A stretch of 63,451 bases of DNA, the filler included, from Octopus bimaculoides (lineage: Eukaryota): NCBI RefSeq assembly GCF_001194135.2. It is 5 parts of 5 records of this genome, joined end to end, with 100 filler letters (N's around TTAATTAATTAA, not from the genome) between each part and the next. Parts side by side here need not be neighbours in the genome. Positions count along the whole stretch, not along the records: positions 1 to 11,437 come from NC_068987.1; positions 11,538 to 21,447 come from NW_026413306.1; positions 21,548 to 45,775 come from NC_068996.1; 2 more parts are not named here. The stretch is one strand, 5' to 3'. Position 1 is the first letter of the stretch. Each line of letters opens with the position of its first letter. Under the pieces are notes generated by a model that searched no databases, was not told where the DNA came from, and worked only from the letters and a program-made list of their open reading frames with translations. Made by a program: the position numbers and the translations under genes. This document shows positions 11,253 to 23,229 of the stretch, piece after piece.

Positions 11253-11437
11253 TGTATGGATGGATGGATGGATGGATGCATGCATGGATGCATGCATGTA
11301 TGTATGTATGTATGTATGTATGTCTTTATGTGTCCAATCATCTATCTCATTTATATGTATATATATACATTTTGGAACAGTGGATCTCGTACAAACTTTG
11401 AATTGTTTCCAAAGGAATGTTTGTCCATTCTTCAGCT

Positions 11438-11537
11438 NNNNNNNNNNNNNNNNNNNNNNNNNNNNNNNNNNNNNNNNNNNNTTAATTAATTAANNNNNNN
11501 NNNNNNNNNNNNNNNNNNNNNNNNNNNNNNNNNNNNN
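11438..11537. other. Artificial scaffold-join spacer
   Basis: 44 N + TTAATTAATTAA (stops in all six frames) + 44 N. Confidence 0.95.
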
Positions 11538-11940
11538 TTAACGCCAGAAACTCGCTCACAAACGTCCGTTATCAGATAGTCGAAAACAATTGAAAAGGTA
11601 AGATGTGGGCAGGCAACTCTATATGGCACCACTGTTGATGGGGAGGCGGCAAGAGTCTTTCGGATAAACTCGCAATCAGCCCTTTGCACTGCTATATAAT
11701 CGTTGGTCTAGTAAGTCGTGCCAACGATCTAGAGAATTTTCCATAGGGCTGCGCTATCACTGTGTCTAAAGCCGACTTGAGGTGTTGCATCATCCCGCAG
11801 CTTTCCTCCACATAGATGTAGCACTGGTGCGGTCATGCCCTTCGGCACTCGCTAGATCATCCTAACAAGTGTTTACTCTTATTCACCGATTCGTCTACGT
11901 AGCTGGATGCGATTAAGCAAGATCTCCAGAGGGACAGACA
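11538..11940 (-). mobile_element. RTE-clade LINE reverse-transcriptase fragment, decayed
   Basis: Translation ...SAALWKIL*...VVPYRVACPHLTFSIVFDYLITDV resembles the AFD.V.R.ALWKIL and GVRQGC.LAP.LFSIV.DY motifs. Confidence 0.6.
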
Positions 11941-12009
11941 CGGGGCCATCAGCAAATTTTAGCGATGACATCTTTAATAAAAAGTTTCATATGCCGTCCA
12001 TACCGGGAT

Positions 12010-13110
12010 GTTGCAAAATGCGGCATCCTGACACCAACACAACTCCAACAGTCAAGTGAGCTTGCATCCCAGCAAGCCTACTTGATTAAAGTGGAAGAAG
12101 TAGTCGTACCTGGCCGGATGTCTTACGTAAAGTGGTTCTTCGTCGCCAGGTTCTATTCGACTGGTCACATGGCATCTTTACACCGATGTCTTCGTTGCCA
12201 AATTCACACTGTATATAGTTCTTCGTCGTCTGACCTCACACTGACTGTTCACATCGCTTAATTCACATCATTAAATCTTCACATCACCAAACTCCAATTT
12301 ACTTGTTGGGTCGGGGTTAACATAATTAAACTCACTACTTCATTGCCTTCTTCCTCTTCTTTAGTGAAAATTGCTGCTAATATCTACTCCGGCTCGTTTC
12401 TCGGCGGGATCCTGCCCACGCTAATCCTAGTAACTCGTTTATCCTGGTAATTGGGAAGAACTGTTTAATTTTCCCCTGCTACTCTCCTAGTGNNNNNNNN
12501 NNNNNNNNNNNNNNNNNNNNNNNNNNNNNNNNNNNNNNNNNNNNNNNNNNNNNNNNNNNNNNNNNNNNNNNNNNNNNNNNNNNNNNNNNNNNNNNNNNNN
12601 NNNNNNNNNNNNNNNNNNNNNNNNNNNNNNNNNNNNNNNNNNNNNNNNNNNNNNNNNNNNNNNNNNNNNNNNNNNTCTCCTCTTTCCATCTCAAATCTCT
12701 TATTTTTCATTTGGAAACGTTCTGTACTATATTACTTTGTTTTCCATCTCCACCTTGTCTTCCTCTGGTGGTGTCAACTTTACGTTTGACCTCTCTCTCT
12801 TTACCAAATCCTGGTATATCTGTAACAATTCTACATCGCAACATGTTTCATTTTGTTCTAGAATGCTTGGGCCAACAAAGGCCTCACTCCCCGTTGCAGC
12901 CGCGTAGCTCTTCATTTTCGTTAGTCAGTAACGCCCACCAAACAATGATGGTGTTACAGTCAACGAACTGCTGCAAAGCAGCACAAAACAATCCCAGCAC
13001 ACAACAACTCTCACAAAAACCACCAACTCAAACAGCGCTCATCTCTGGCTGACAGACATCACGCGTTCCGTCACCAACTTGAATTGTTCGCCACACAGTA
13101 AAAACGTACA
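12010..13110 (-). mobile_element. Internally deleted copy of the Tx1/L1-like ORF1 element
   Basis: MKSYAAATGSEAF...VEMENKVI ORF, homologous to 17714-17929. Confidence 0.65.
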
Positions 13111-13560
13111 AAAGAACGTTTAACATGTTTTAAAACAGTGACGTGATCCATGCGCATTATTTCTCATTTAAATGAACTATAGAATCATTATTGGTTTCTT
13201 ACTGTAGAACTAGAGTACAGTATTTCGATATCGAGTTGTAGATTGATATTTATCAGAATATTTTTTCCATTTTATACTCTTTTTCATAACAACAATATAT
13301 GCAACACGTTTTCATTCAGCCCACTCCATGACTATTGCCATTAGGTGACTTTTATGTAATAAACTAACATCATCGAAGTTGAGATATTGTAAACTATAGA
13401 TTCCATGAGTCAAAATATACAGAGAAACAGTCTACTTGAATTCACGGTAGTTACCGTATTGGCTTTTTTTACTCCAGCATAACATTATGCTTTAAAACTG
13501 AGGTATTTAGAACATAACGAAGGAGGTTTTAAAACATTAAATGTGGAAAATATGTAGAAG

Positions 13561-13645
13561 TGGGGCCAAAGTCAGTCCCCGAAATGAACAATACATATAT
13601 ATATATGTCAGAGAATTTTGACAAATGCGTATGCTGCAAATGTGA
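13561..13645 (-). pseudogene. Broken duplicate of the LRR N-cap exon
   Basis: In the homologous frame it reads HICSIRICQNSLTYIYMYCSFRGLTLAP, versus DICSICSCENSQTYIYCYNRGLTSVP. The exon end and GTAAGT donor are deleted and the signal-peptide part is replaced. Confidence 0.8.
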
Positions 13646-14599
13646 AGGGAAGGCGGATTCAGTTGATAACCGGTTCAGTCCTACACAAGAAAGCAGGTGT
13701 TCGACATAAACCACCAGGCCAGCACTGCTCGAGGACTGGGTGAGTGCATGCAGGGTCGTCTCGCCGTACTGTGTGTATCTTGGATATGCGGGGCTAACGG
13801 TTCTTCTGTGCTTGTGTGGTGCCTATTCTTAGAGGTTGTTCAATTCTCCACCACCTGGTAATCCCCCGAATAGTAGATTCTCATACAAGATATACACATT
13901 CACACATTCATATTAATAGCGAGTCTTAATTCGCCATAGTCGAGCGAATATGTGTTGTCAACTTATCGAATGCTTTTACTAATGGCTTCCGGTGCCTATG
14001 TATTTGCTCTATTTTATCTCCAACCTTATAACCCAGCTCTCGCATTCAACACTCGGCTAGTACACATTTACAAGTGAGTAGACTGGATCACTCTTGATCC
14101 ACATCCACAATACCTAGCTCAGTTCACGAATTCAACCCTCCACATTATGATCGAGCAGCGAACATGCTAATCACTGTGTCACATCTTCCACACACACTGA
14201 TTGAGTTACTACAAGTAGAAACTGATACCAGCACCTCAAATGCAGCCCAAAATATAATTGTCCCTCTCATCAACAAGTTACTGGATATTTTCTCATTCAC
14301 GCTCAAATCATATCCAGTGCTATAGGAGCTTAACGGTCAAAACATCTACATCTCAGCTCAGATTTAATCTGTTGACTGAGGCTAAATCACAGAGATGGGA
14401 ACAGATGGTAGCAAATGACAGAATATCATACATGCCCGACAAGAAATTCAAAGTAGTATTTTCAATGAAATCCAACACCTTCTCACACAATAAAAAGAAC
14501 ATTTATACATGTATCATTTTGAGAAGAACGCGGATCCCTAGTATAACTAGAAGGGTTTCTAAAAGACAATTTCTTTCTTTTTAGAACCAAAAATATTTC

Positions 14600-14880
14600 A
14601 ACCGTCAACGGCTGCTGACAGTCTTAGATGCTCAAGTAACCAAAGCATTCTCGCAGTAATATTAACCGCTATGTTTAATTCTTCATCGTCAGAATATCGC
14701 CTTCTGGAATGTCCTCCATTTTTTTGTCTTCTTTCCAAGAGTTGATCTGTGATAGTTTAAACGGAGCATTAACATCACCAATCTCACCCATGTCGCACAA
14801 CCAGCGAAATTAATGTTTTCTACTCCTTCCAGACTCAGCAATTAAAAACAAGTCGCATTGGAACTTAAAATGCAAAGAGA
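14600..14880 (-). mobile_element. Possible decayed DNA-transposase C-terminal fragment, superfamily unassigned
   Basis: Frame-shifted readings HFKFQCDLFL...FRWLCDMGEIGDVNAPF...RRRYSDDEELNIAV...MLWLLEHL look protein-like. Not verified by search. Confidence 0.3.
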
Positions 14881-15274
14881 TAGAAAAATACCACTAGACA
14901 CCCAGTCCCACATCCCTCCACTTCTTCTAGTCCACTGGTCTGTTTAGGTACGCAACAACCTGAAAGTTAAAGGTGACTTCGGCGATATTCTAAGTCAGAA
15001 TACCGAATGCCAGATTAAATACCACAAGGTGTGATTCCACTCGGCTGCCTTCAGGTTCGGCCAGTTTGCAACTAAATTATGAATTAGATTAAAAGATTTA
15101 AAATTACTAAATAATATTAATCGTATATTCACCATCTGCAGATATACGGATTTCTGTTTAATTCAGACCATCTCAAATGTGTAGGGAAGTGGGTGAAGTC
15201 GATTGAATCGATCGAATATAGTATTGGAATATTTTATTTAAACTGGAAACTTGAAATGTTTAATGCAATATAAA

Positions 15275-15420
15275 CTTTTCAACTGTAGGCACAAGGCCCG
15301 TAATTTTGGGGAGGGCGAGTCGGTTATATCGACCCTAGTACGCAACTGGTACTTTATTTATCGACCCTGAAATGATGAAAGGCAAAGTCGACTTCGGCCA
15401 AATTTGAAATCAGAACGGAT
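15275..15420 (-). mobile_element. SINE family C fragment
   Basis: Matches 57724-57860 and 39990-40090 (GTCGACTTTGCCTTTCATC...GGGTCGATAAA...GTACCAGT core). Confidence 0.8.
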
Positions 15421-15611
15421 TAATGCAATATAATGCAAATCATTTAATCTGAAATAATACTCAGAAAGTGTTGAACCATCCGAGGTTATTTTTCCAGTTC
15501 AACTGGAACAGACGGATCGGCTAAATCTTCAGTTAAGCTTAAAGAATTTTGTAGAATTATAACTATTGCGTTTTTATTTCTAACAAGGTATCGTGTTTAT
15601 GATAACAGCCT

Positions 15612-18600
15612 AAATTTCACCAATGACATCCTTAATAAGTTTCATTTGCCGTCCATACCGGGCTATTTTACATTTTTCATTTACGTAATTTTAGAGTCAG
15701 GCAATTTAAGCGCATCTCGTAAATAATTATCTGCAGTTTAATTAGTCTAACAGTATCACTTGTAACTGTAAATGTAATATAGACATGCAAACTTTAACTG
15801 TCATTTTGTTACTAAATCAATTAATATCAATACAACTGTAACTATAAACACCTTCAATTTAGGAAATGATGTTGCAAAATGCGGAATCCTGACACCAACA
15901 AAACTCCAACAGTCAAGTCAGCAGCTGAAGAACAGGGTGGGGTGGGGGCATCCCATCAAGCCGACTTGATTAAAGTGGAAGAAGTAGTTGTACCCGGCCG
16001 GATGTCTTACGTAAAGTGGTTCTTCGTCGCCAGGTTCAATTCGACTGGTCANNNNNNNNNNNNNNNNNNNNNNNNNNNNNNNNNNNNNNNNNNNNNNNNN
16101 NNNNNNNNNNNNNNNNNNNNNNNNNNNNNNNNNNNNNNNNNNNNNNNNNNNNNNNNNNNNNNNNNNNNNNNNNNNNNNNNNNNNNNNNNNNNNNNNNNNN
16201 NNNNNNNNNNNNNNNNNNNNNNNNNNNNNNNNNNNNNNNNNNNNNNNNNNNNNNNNNNNNNNNNNNNNNNNNNNNNNNNNNNNNNNNNNNNNNNNNNNNN
16301 NNNNNNNNNNNNNNNNNNNNNNNNNNNNNNNNNNNNNNNNNNNNNNNNNNNNNNNNNNNNNNNNNNNNNNNNNNNNNNNNNNNNNNNNNNNNNNNNNNNN
16401 NNNNNNNNNNNNNNNNNNNNNNNNNNNNNNNNNNNNNNNNNNNNNNNNNNNNNNNNNNNNNNNNNNNNNNNNNNNNNNNNNNNNNNNNNNNNNNNNNNNN
16501 NNNNNNNNNNNNNNNNNNNNNNNNNNNNNNNNNNNNNNNNNNNNNNNNNNNNNNNNNNNNNNNNNNNNNNNNNTACATTAACCCCACGAGAAGTTCACTC
16601 TAAAAATCCCTTTCATTTTCGTTATTCTCCTTCCCAATTTTTGGGTCGTACGGTATATTATTAAAAATAGTTTTTCCTGTGTCCCACTCTTGTCTGTATG
16701 TCTGTTCTTTTCTTTTTGTTTTTATGACTGTGTTATCATGCGTTTGTCGGTCTATGCTTCTTTGTCTCCATGTCTGTGTTTTGTTTATCTGTGTGTCTGC
16801 ATGTTTGTGGAACTGTACGTCGGCGTGTTGCGTCTGTGTGTTTGCAGCGCTGTGTAATCCTGTGCCTGTCTGTCTATGCTTATATATGTCTGTATGTCTG
16901 TGTGCTTATGTGTCTGTAAGTCTGTATGTTAGTGTGATTGCAAGTCTGTATATTTTCTTGGTGATGTTGTTCTGCTTGTACTACTTTTCGGCGGTGACCT
17001 CACAGGCGTACTGCTTCTACTTGTTGTTGATTGGCTCACCTGTTCCTGTATTTTATATTTCTTCCGTTCCATTTTAGGCGGTGAACTCTTCCTTTCTCTT
17101 TTCCTCGACTTGACCTCCACAAACTTCATGTTCTGTTTCACTTCCTGGGTCCGTCTATCCACCTCCATCACACTTTCTTGCGTTTTTACCTCTGCATTTT
17201 CCATCGTTTATCTGGGGCACCTTCTTTTAATGTGCCCCTTTTCGCCACATTCTTGGTACTCTGGAGGACTCCCCTCCAAAATTACATCCAGTTTGTCTTC
17301 ATTTAACAGCTCCAGTGTCTCTGGTATTGCCTCGTATAGTTTCTGATCCACCACAGAAACTATCTCTGACTCGTTTCCCCATTAATATACTTGTTGTACC
17401 CGAGTGAACATAATTCAACTCATTACTTCGTTGTTTTCTTCCTCTTCTGTAGTGAAAATTGCTGCTAATATCTACTCTGGCTCATTTCTCGGCGGGATAC
17501 TGCCCACGCTAATCCTAGTAGCTCGTTTAGCCTGGTAATTGGGCAGAACTGTCTAATTTTCCCCTGCTACTCTCCTAGTGGAAAATCTTTTTTGCCACTT
17601 CTTCTGAGACAAATCTGACCGATACTGAGGCGTAACGTTTTCCCCTTTAAAAAACATTGTTTTCTTTCGATTTTTTAGGAATTCTTCCATCTCCTCTTTC
17701 CATCTCAAGTCTCTTACTTTTCATTTGGAAACGTTCTGTACTCTATTACTTTGTTTTCTATCTCCACTTTGTCTTCCTCTGGTGGTGTCAACTTTACGTT
17801 TGATCCCTCCCTCTTTACCAAATCCTGGTATATCTGTAGCAATTTTACATCGCAACATGTTTCATTTTGTTCTAGAATGCTTGGGCCAACAAACGCCTCA
17901 CTCCCCGTTGCAGCCGCGTAGCTCTTCATTTTCGTTAGTCAGTAACGCCCACCAAACAATGATGGCGTTACAGTCAACAAACTGCTGCAAAGCAGCACAA
18001 AACAATCCCAGCACACAACAACTCTCACAAAAACCATTAACTCAAACAGCGCTCATCTCTGGCTGACAGACACCACGCGTTCCGTCACCAATCTGAATTG
18101 TTCGCCACACAGTAAAAACGTACAAAAGAACGTTTAACATGTTTTAAAACAGTGACGTGATCCATGTGCATTATTTCTCATTTGAATGAACTATAGAATC
18201 ATTATTGGTTTCTTACTGTAGAACTAGAGTTCAGTATTTTGATATCGAGTAGGAGAATTATATTTATCAGTATATTTTTTTCCATTTTATACTCTTTTTC
18301 ACAACAACAATATATGCAACACGTTTTCATTCAGTCCATTCCATGACTATTGCCATAAGCTGACTTTTATGTAATAAACTAACATCATCAAAGTTGAGAT
18401 ATTGTAAACTATAGATTCCATGCGTGACAATATACAGAGAAACAGTCTACATGAATTCACGGTAGTCACCGTATTTGCTCTTGTTATGTTGGAGTAGACT
18501 CCAACATAACATTATGTTTTAAAAGTGAGGTATTTAGACCATAACTAACGAGAATTTAAAACATTAAATATGGAAAATATGTAGAAATGGTCTAATACTT

Positions 18601-18708
18601 ACAAGTGTACAACATTCTGCGGAATGGGATGTGGGACCGAAGTCAGTCCCCGATTATAACAATATATATATGTCTGAGAATTTTCACAGCTACATATGCT
18701 GCAAATGT
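15612..18708. repeat. Segmental duplicate, copy 2
   Basis: Collinear with 11954-13645. Retains the extra ORF1 sequence and the intact LRR exon. Confidence 0.92.
15870..18120 (-). mobile_element. Tx1/L1-like non-LTR retrotransposon derivative carrying a decayed gag-like ORF1, in the LRR-gene intron
   Basis: KSYAAAT start, TRISVGSIPP (like the Tx1 ORF1 V.SNVPP motif), zinc knuckle (Y)QECGEKGHIKRRCP near 17210-17260, then a Ser/Thr/Lys-rich region. No ORF2 is visible outside the 522-N gap. Confidence 0.65.
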
Positions 18709-18784
18709 CTGAAACAGCTTGAGACTCCAAACAGAAGCTCATAAAAAGTACCGACACAAAAGTCAATTTGAATTGATAAAACAT
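18603..18784 (-). CDS. First coding exon of a secreted or membrane leucine-rich-repeat protein (signal peptide + LRRNT cap)
   Basis: MFYQFKLTFVSVLFMSFCLESQAVSDICSICSCENSQTYIYCYNRGLTSVPHPIPQNVVH(L) fits CxxxCxC...V.C...GLTSVP..IP. Acceptor TTCTTCTTTTACAG lies 20 nt before the ATG (exon starts 18804). Phase-2 donor TT|GTAAGT at 18602. Confidence 0.88.
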
Positions 18785-19078
18785 ATTTTCAGGCGTAGAT
18801 TAATCTGTAAAAGAAGAAAATACAGAAACTTCAATGTCAATTCTTTCCCATTGCAGATTCTTCGAAGGACTAGCATTGGACCCTCTTCCATGATATGAAT
18901 ATATGTTTAATTTTACTTTTAGATTAATATTTAAACTTACAAAACCGAATTCAATTATAATTCAAAGTGATGAACGTAATAATAGATTATAGGTTTAATG
19001 AGTGATAATGTCGAAGATAAACAGAGCATCAATCGCCCCGGCATACACACACAAACACACACACACACACACTTATAC

Positions 19079-19195
<117 letters not shown>

Positions 19196-19248
19196 GTTCT
19201 TTCTGTCTTTAGTGTTTTGCTTTCCATCAACATTTCCTCTCCCGTCAG

Positions 19249-19720
19249 ATTCCATGGAGATATTGTGTGAAGTTGCTACAACTGGCCAACTCTATCAACA
19301 GCCGTACACTCAGCTTTCTACCCTCTATTGAAGAAACTGAAGTGACATCTGTTGATAACACCACAACCCCAACTACAACAACGCCATGAACGGCTGAGGA
19401 CCCCTACACTTCAACAACGGCAGCGGAAATGTTTGCCCCCTCATTCCACGGAGGAGCAAGCTCTTCCGAAATTTCCTGCTCCCCAAACCAACAACAACAA
19501 CTTAATTCCCTCTTTCGATCAAACCTCTCCATATTGGACTGACTCGTTGATTGTAGTGGCTGTGGTGGTGGTCATCTTCGTCGTAGTCTTGGTGCTGCTG
19601 GACGTGAATATCAACGGGGGTAGTGCTTTCAGAATTGTCACCCTTTACACATTGACAAAAGATGGAAACACAGATTTCTTCAGAAGTCAATCTCACACTT
19701 TATTACTTGTAATAGACTAG
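19249..19720 (+). pseudogene. Frameshifted terminal exon of a single-pass receptor (Thr/Ser stalk + transmembrane helix)
   Basis: Acceptor TTTCCTCTCCCGTCAG. Three frames stitch to DSMEILCEVATT / IEETEVTSVDNTTTPTTTTP*TAEDPYTSTT / ...YWTDSLIVVAVVVVIFVVVLVLL. At least two frameshifts and one stop. Confidence 0.6.
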
Positions 19721-19729
19721 ATTAGAATT

Positions 19730-21447
19730 TGACGGATGGAAGGACTCTGCAGGGCTAGCACATTATAAGAGGAATGTGAACCCTGGAAAACTTGCTTTAA
19801 AACATCCAGCTATCTGCTGGATTACCCTCTGTATGGCGGCGTAGGGATGCTCTGGCTGTTGATACTCAGACACGCGTTGATATTGCGATACCTGCAAAGA
19901 TTTCTTGACGGTGAACGTGTATGGACTCTGTGAAGCACTTCTTGACTAGGCTGCAGTCGAAGGTGACATGAAGCCTGAAATTCTCTGCCTGGTACCTTGA
20001 ATGTCACACGAGCACGCATTTGTTGAGTTTCCGAGCATGTTAATGAAGGAAAGACCAGTAACTGCTGGTATAACTGTAGCGAATGAGTGGAGGGTGTTCC
20101 ACTGTGACTGACAGATGGGAAAACCATTTTAGTCTTGGGGGATGCGTCAAAGGATAATGTGGTTTCAGGCTATCAACCAATAATACATTTACCAATCATG
20201 TGGAAACTGGTGACAGGAGTAATAACTGAAGAATTGTAGAAGTTTTTAGGTTATGAAAGATTATTATCAGACGAGCAGAAGGGTTGTAAACGCAGTTCAA
20301 AAGATTAGCTGTTAATAGACAAGATGATATTAAAGAATTGCAGAAGATTAACGGGACTAGGAGTGGCCTGTCTAGATTACAAAAAGACCTATGATATGGT
20401 GTTTCACAATTGGATAAGGAACTATATGTAGCTATTTTGAGTGGTAGAAAGTGTACAAAGACTGCTAAAATGAGTTAACGTCTACAGGAAGGTCATTGGA
20501 TACAGTGAACATCAGAAGAGGAATATTTCAGGGAGAAAGTATCACCACTCATTTTTGTGCTGATACTAATCTCTGTCGATGATTTTGAGAAATGGTAAAA
20601 CTGGATATAATTTGGGAAATGGAGTGGAAGGGATTAACTGCCTACAATACATGGACGTTTTATAAGAAAAATCAAGATGAACTTGGCACATTTGTGAACA
20701 CAGCAAGTATTTTCAGTTGTAACATACGCATGGAATTTAGCATGAATAAATGTATTATTTGGTATTAAAGAGGGGGAAGATAAAGCTGAGACGAAGACTA
20801 GAGGTCAAATAATCCACCAAAAGTTTGACGAATTTTAGAATTAGATACCAATAAAAACAGAGAAATGAAGGAAACCTTTTCGAAGGAGCAGTTCAGAAGG
20901 ATCAAGTTGATACTGAAATTTAAGTTGAATTCTAGAAACATTGTAAAATTAAACAAGTAAAGCGAAGTTATATGGAAAAACATTTGCACACTCAGTTTAT
21001 GAAGAATAGAGGCAGCAGACACTTGAAATTGGTTGAAAAGGAGAATTCTCAATAAAGAGACAAAGATTAATCATGGCAACTCAGGATCAAGCCTTCTGGA
21101 CAAATAGTAGAAATGTAGACTAGAAGTTAATCTATCACTATTTTGCTGATTGTGCGATGAACGAGAAGAAACAGTGACCCACATAGTTAGTAAATGTTCC
21201 AAACGCGCCCAGAAACGGTACAAATCTTGGAGACATGAAAATATTCCAAAGGTTATCTACTGGGAAATGGGCCAAAACTATGGACTTCCATCAGGACATA
21301 AATTGGCATGAACATATATCTGAAAAATAACTCAGAGTTATGAAGTTAAACTTACCTGGAAGTTTCTCAACCAAAAGGATCATGTACTAGACCGTACCAG
21401 ACCAGATATCTTGGTGTTTGAGAAGATGGAACGTATTTTCTATTGAA
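19730..21447 (+). mobile_element. Decayed R4/Dong-like non-LTR retrotransposon (RT + CCHC + restriction-like endonuclease)
   Basis: VNIRRGIFQGE..SPLIFVL, YMD, LCDEREETVTHIVSKC..AQK.YK.WRH, VKLTW...DHVL.RTRPDILV; many stops. Confidence 0.85.
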
Positions 21448-21547
21448 NNNNNNNNNNNNNNNNNNNNNNNNNNNNNNNNNNNNNNNNNNNNTTAATTAAT
21501 TAANNNNNNNNNNNNNNNNNNNNNNNNNNNNNNNNNNNNNNNNNNNN
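21448..21547. other. Artificial scaffold-join spacer
   Basis: 44 N + TTAATTAATTAA + 44 N. Confidence 0.95.
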
Positions 21548-21720
21548 GAATTGGTTTTTCAGACCATCCGGTAGCCCCGGTTGAGGGGCATAGGCTGAGA
21601 TGACAGTAGCTAATCTATGATGAAGCACTAGTTTAATCTTAAGTACTCTGTCACATACTCTAACTATCTCGATTACCTTATCCACCCATTTCTCTGCTAG
21701 AAGTATTCCTACGCCCCCGA
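21548..21720 (-). mobile_element. RTE-clade APE endonuclease fragment
   Basis: DKVIEIVRVCDRVLKIKLVL...TVISAYAPQPG matches the SDRI..LKL...IISAYAPQ motif. Confidence 0.85.
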
Positions 21721-22150
21721 CCCGTCAGTGTTCCCTGCCCAGAAAATCTTGTACCTGTGTTCTTTGTACCTGTGTACATACATACATACATACATACATA
21801 CATACCCAGATACACACACACACACACAAAGTAGTTTATGTAAACCATTCCAATGGTCTGTTACTTTGATGTTTCTAGAGTACTTCACTGCTTCTTCATA
21901 CAAGTCACACAGTCACACTTAGAAAATCTTGTATAGTAGGACTAGCTTAAACAAACTACACCACTCTACATTTATATTGAGTACTCCTTCTCTGGATCAT
22001 GACCCAACAAAGGAATTGTTTTCAAAGAAAATTTGTGGTATTTGCAATTATATCAACAAGACTATTTTTTATCAGTATTTAAATTGAAATGGAATGGAAG
22101 CAAAATGTCAGATGTAGAAAGGATTATAAATTTTATTTTTAATTACTCAC

Positions 22151-22295
22151 TCAGCATGCCGTATGTCTTTCAAAGACCTCTGTAATGATATTTTATCACT
22201 GACAAAAGCATTAAATCCATTGGTTTTATAAAGTGTGTCTTTTTGTTTTTCTTCACTGGGTGTTAAAATTACAGCTGCACCCTGTTCGCCAGGAC
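22151..22295 (-). CDS. GALNT10: Internal exon of a polypeptide N-acetylgalactosaminyltransferase, GALNT10/pgant6-like
   Basis: (G)PGEQGAAVILTPSEEKQKDTLYKTNGFNAFVSDKISLQRSLKDIRHA(D/E) matches the GxGEQG...NGFN..VSDKISL.RSL.DIRH motif. 145 nt and open; acceptor TTATTTAACTGTAG, donor GA|GTGAGT. Not in the ORF track. The subfamily symbol is by recall. Confidence 0.9.
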
Positions 22296-22755
22296 CTACA
22301 GTTAAATAAGACAAATTGATTAGTTTATAGAATCAGAACAGATCATCAATAAGATTAACATGAACATGTACACACACACAGACACACATTTAGATAAAAT
22401 GAACAAACCCATTCTTTTTTTTATACGCACCACAAGTGATTTATGTTAAGCATTTCTTAGTTGGTGGAAGGGAAAATAAGAAAATAAATGATTATAACAT
22501 ATACATAAAACTCTACGTGAGCATGAAGATAAAAATAAAAAATTACAGTAAGGCAGNNNNNNNNNNNNNNNNNNNNNNNNNNNNNNNNNNNNNNNNNNNN
22601 NNNNNNNNNNNNNNNNNNNNNNNNNNNNNNNNNNNNNNNNNNNNNNNNNNNNNNNNNNNNNNNNNNNNNNNNNNNNNNNNNNNNNNNNNNNNNNNNNNNN
22701 NNNNNNNNNNNNNNNNNNNNNNNNNNNNNNNNNNNNNNNNNNNNNNNNNNNNNNN

Positions 22756-23053
22756 CGGTTTCAATTCCCCTAAAAGCTCCACGAGGCTTCGGCAGGGGAT
22801 GGTGGCGAACCCTGCTGTACTCTTCCACCACAACTCTCTCTCACTCTTTCTTCCTGTTTCTGTTGTACCTGTAATTCAAAGGGTCAGCCTTGTCACACTG
22901 TATCATGCTGAATATCCCCGAGAACTATGTTAAGGGTACACGTGTCTGTGGAATGCTCAGCCATTTGCACGTAAATTTCATGAGCAGGCTGTTCTGTTGA
23001 TTGGATCAACTGGAACCCTCGACGTCGTAAGCGACGGAGTGCCAACAACAACA
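22756..23053 (+). mobile_element. tRNA-derived SINE family A (head lost in gap or deleted)
   Basis: Matches 36890-37225. Confidence 0.9.
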
Positions 23054-23084
<31 letters not shown>

Positions 23085-23229
23085 TGTATTGCCTCCATGA
23101 GGCTCAACACTCGAAAGGAACTCAGCCACTTTGCTTCTGTGAAGCCCAACACTTGAAAAGAACTCAGCCACTGGGCTTCACGGATGCATAGTGGCTGAGT
23201 TCCTTTTGAGTGTTGGGCCTCACGGAAGC

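Larger units (their letters stand above)
11954..13645. repeat. Segmental duplicate, copy 1 (shorter, more broken)
   Basis: 11954-12170 aligns with 15612-16051 and 12300-13645 aligns with 17385-18708. ORF-track pairs 12711/17725 and 12727/17714 are near-identical. Confidence 0.92.

Noticed and set aside
11482-11493. TTAATTAATTAA islands inside gaps as a biological repeat
   Set aside because: Identical 44N-12-44N format four times; an assembly linker.
13940-14030. KPLVKAFDKL, RT-like on the minus strand
   Set aside because: Too short to assign with confidence.
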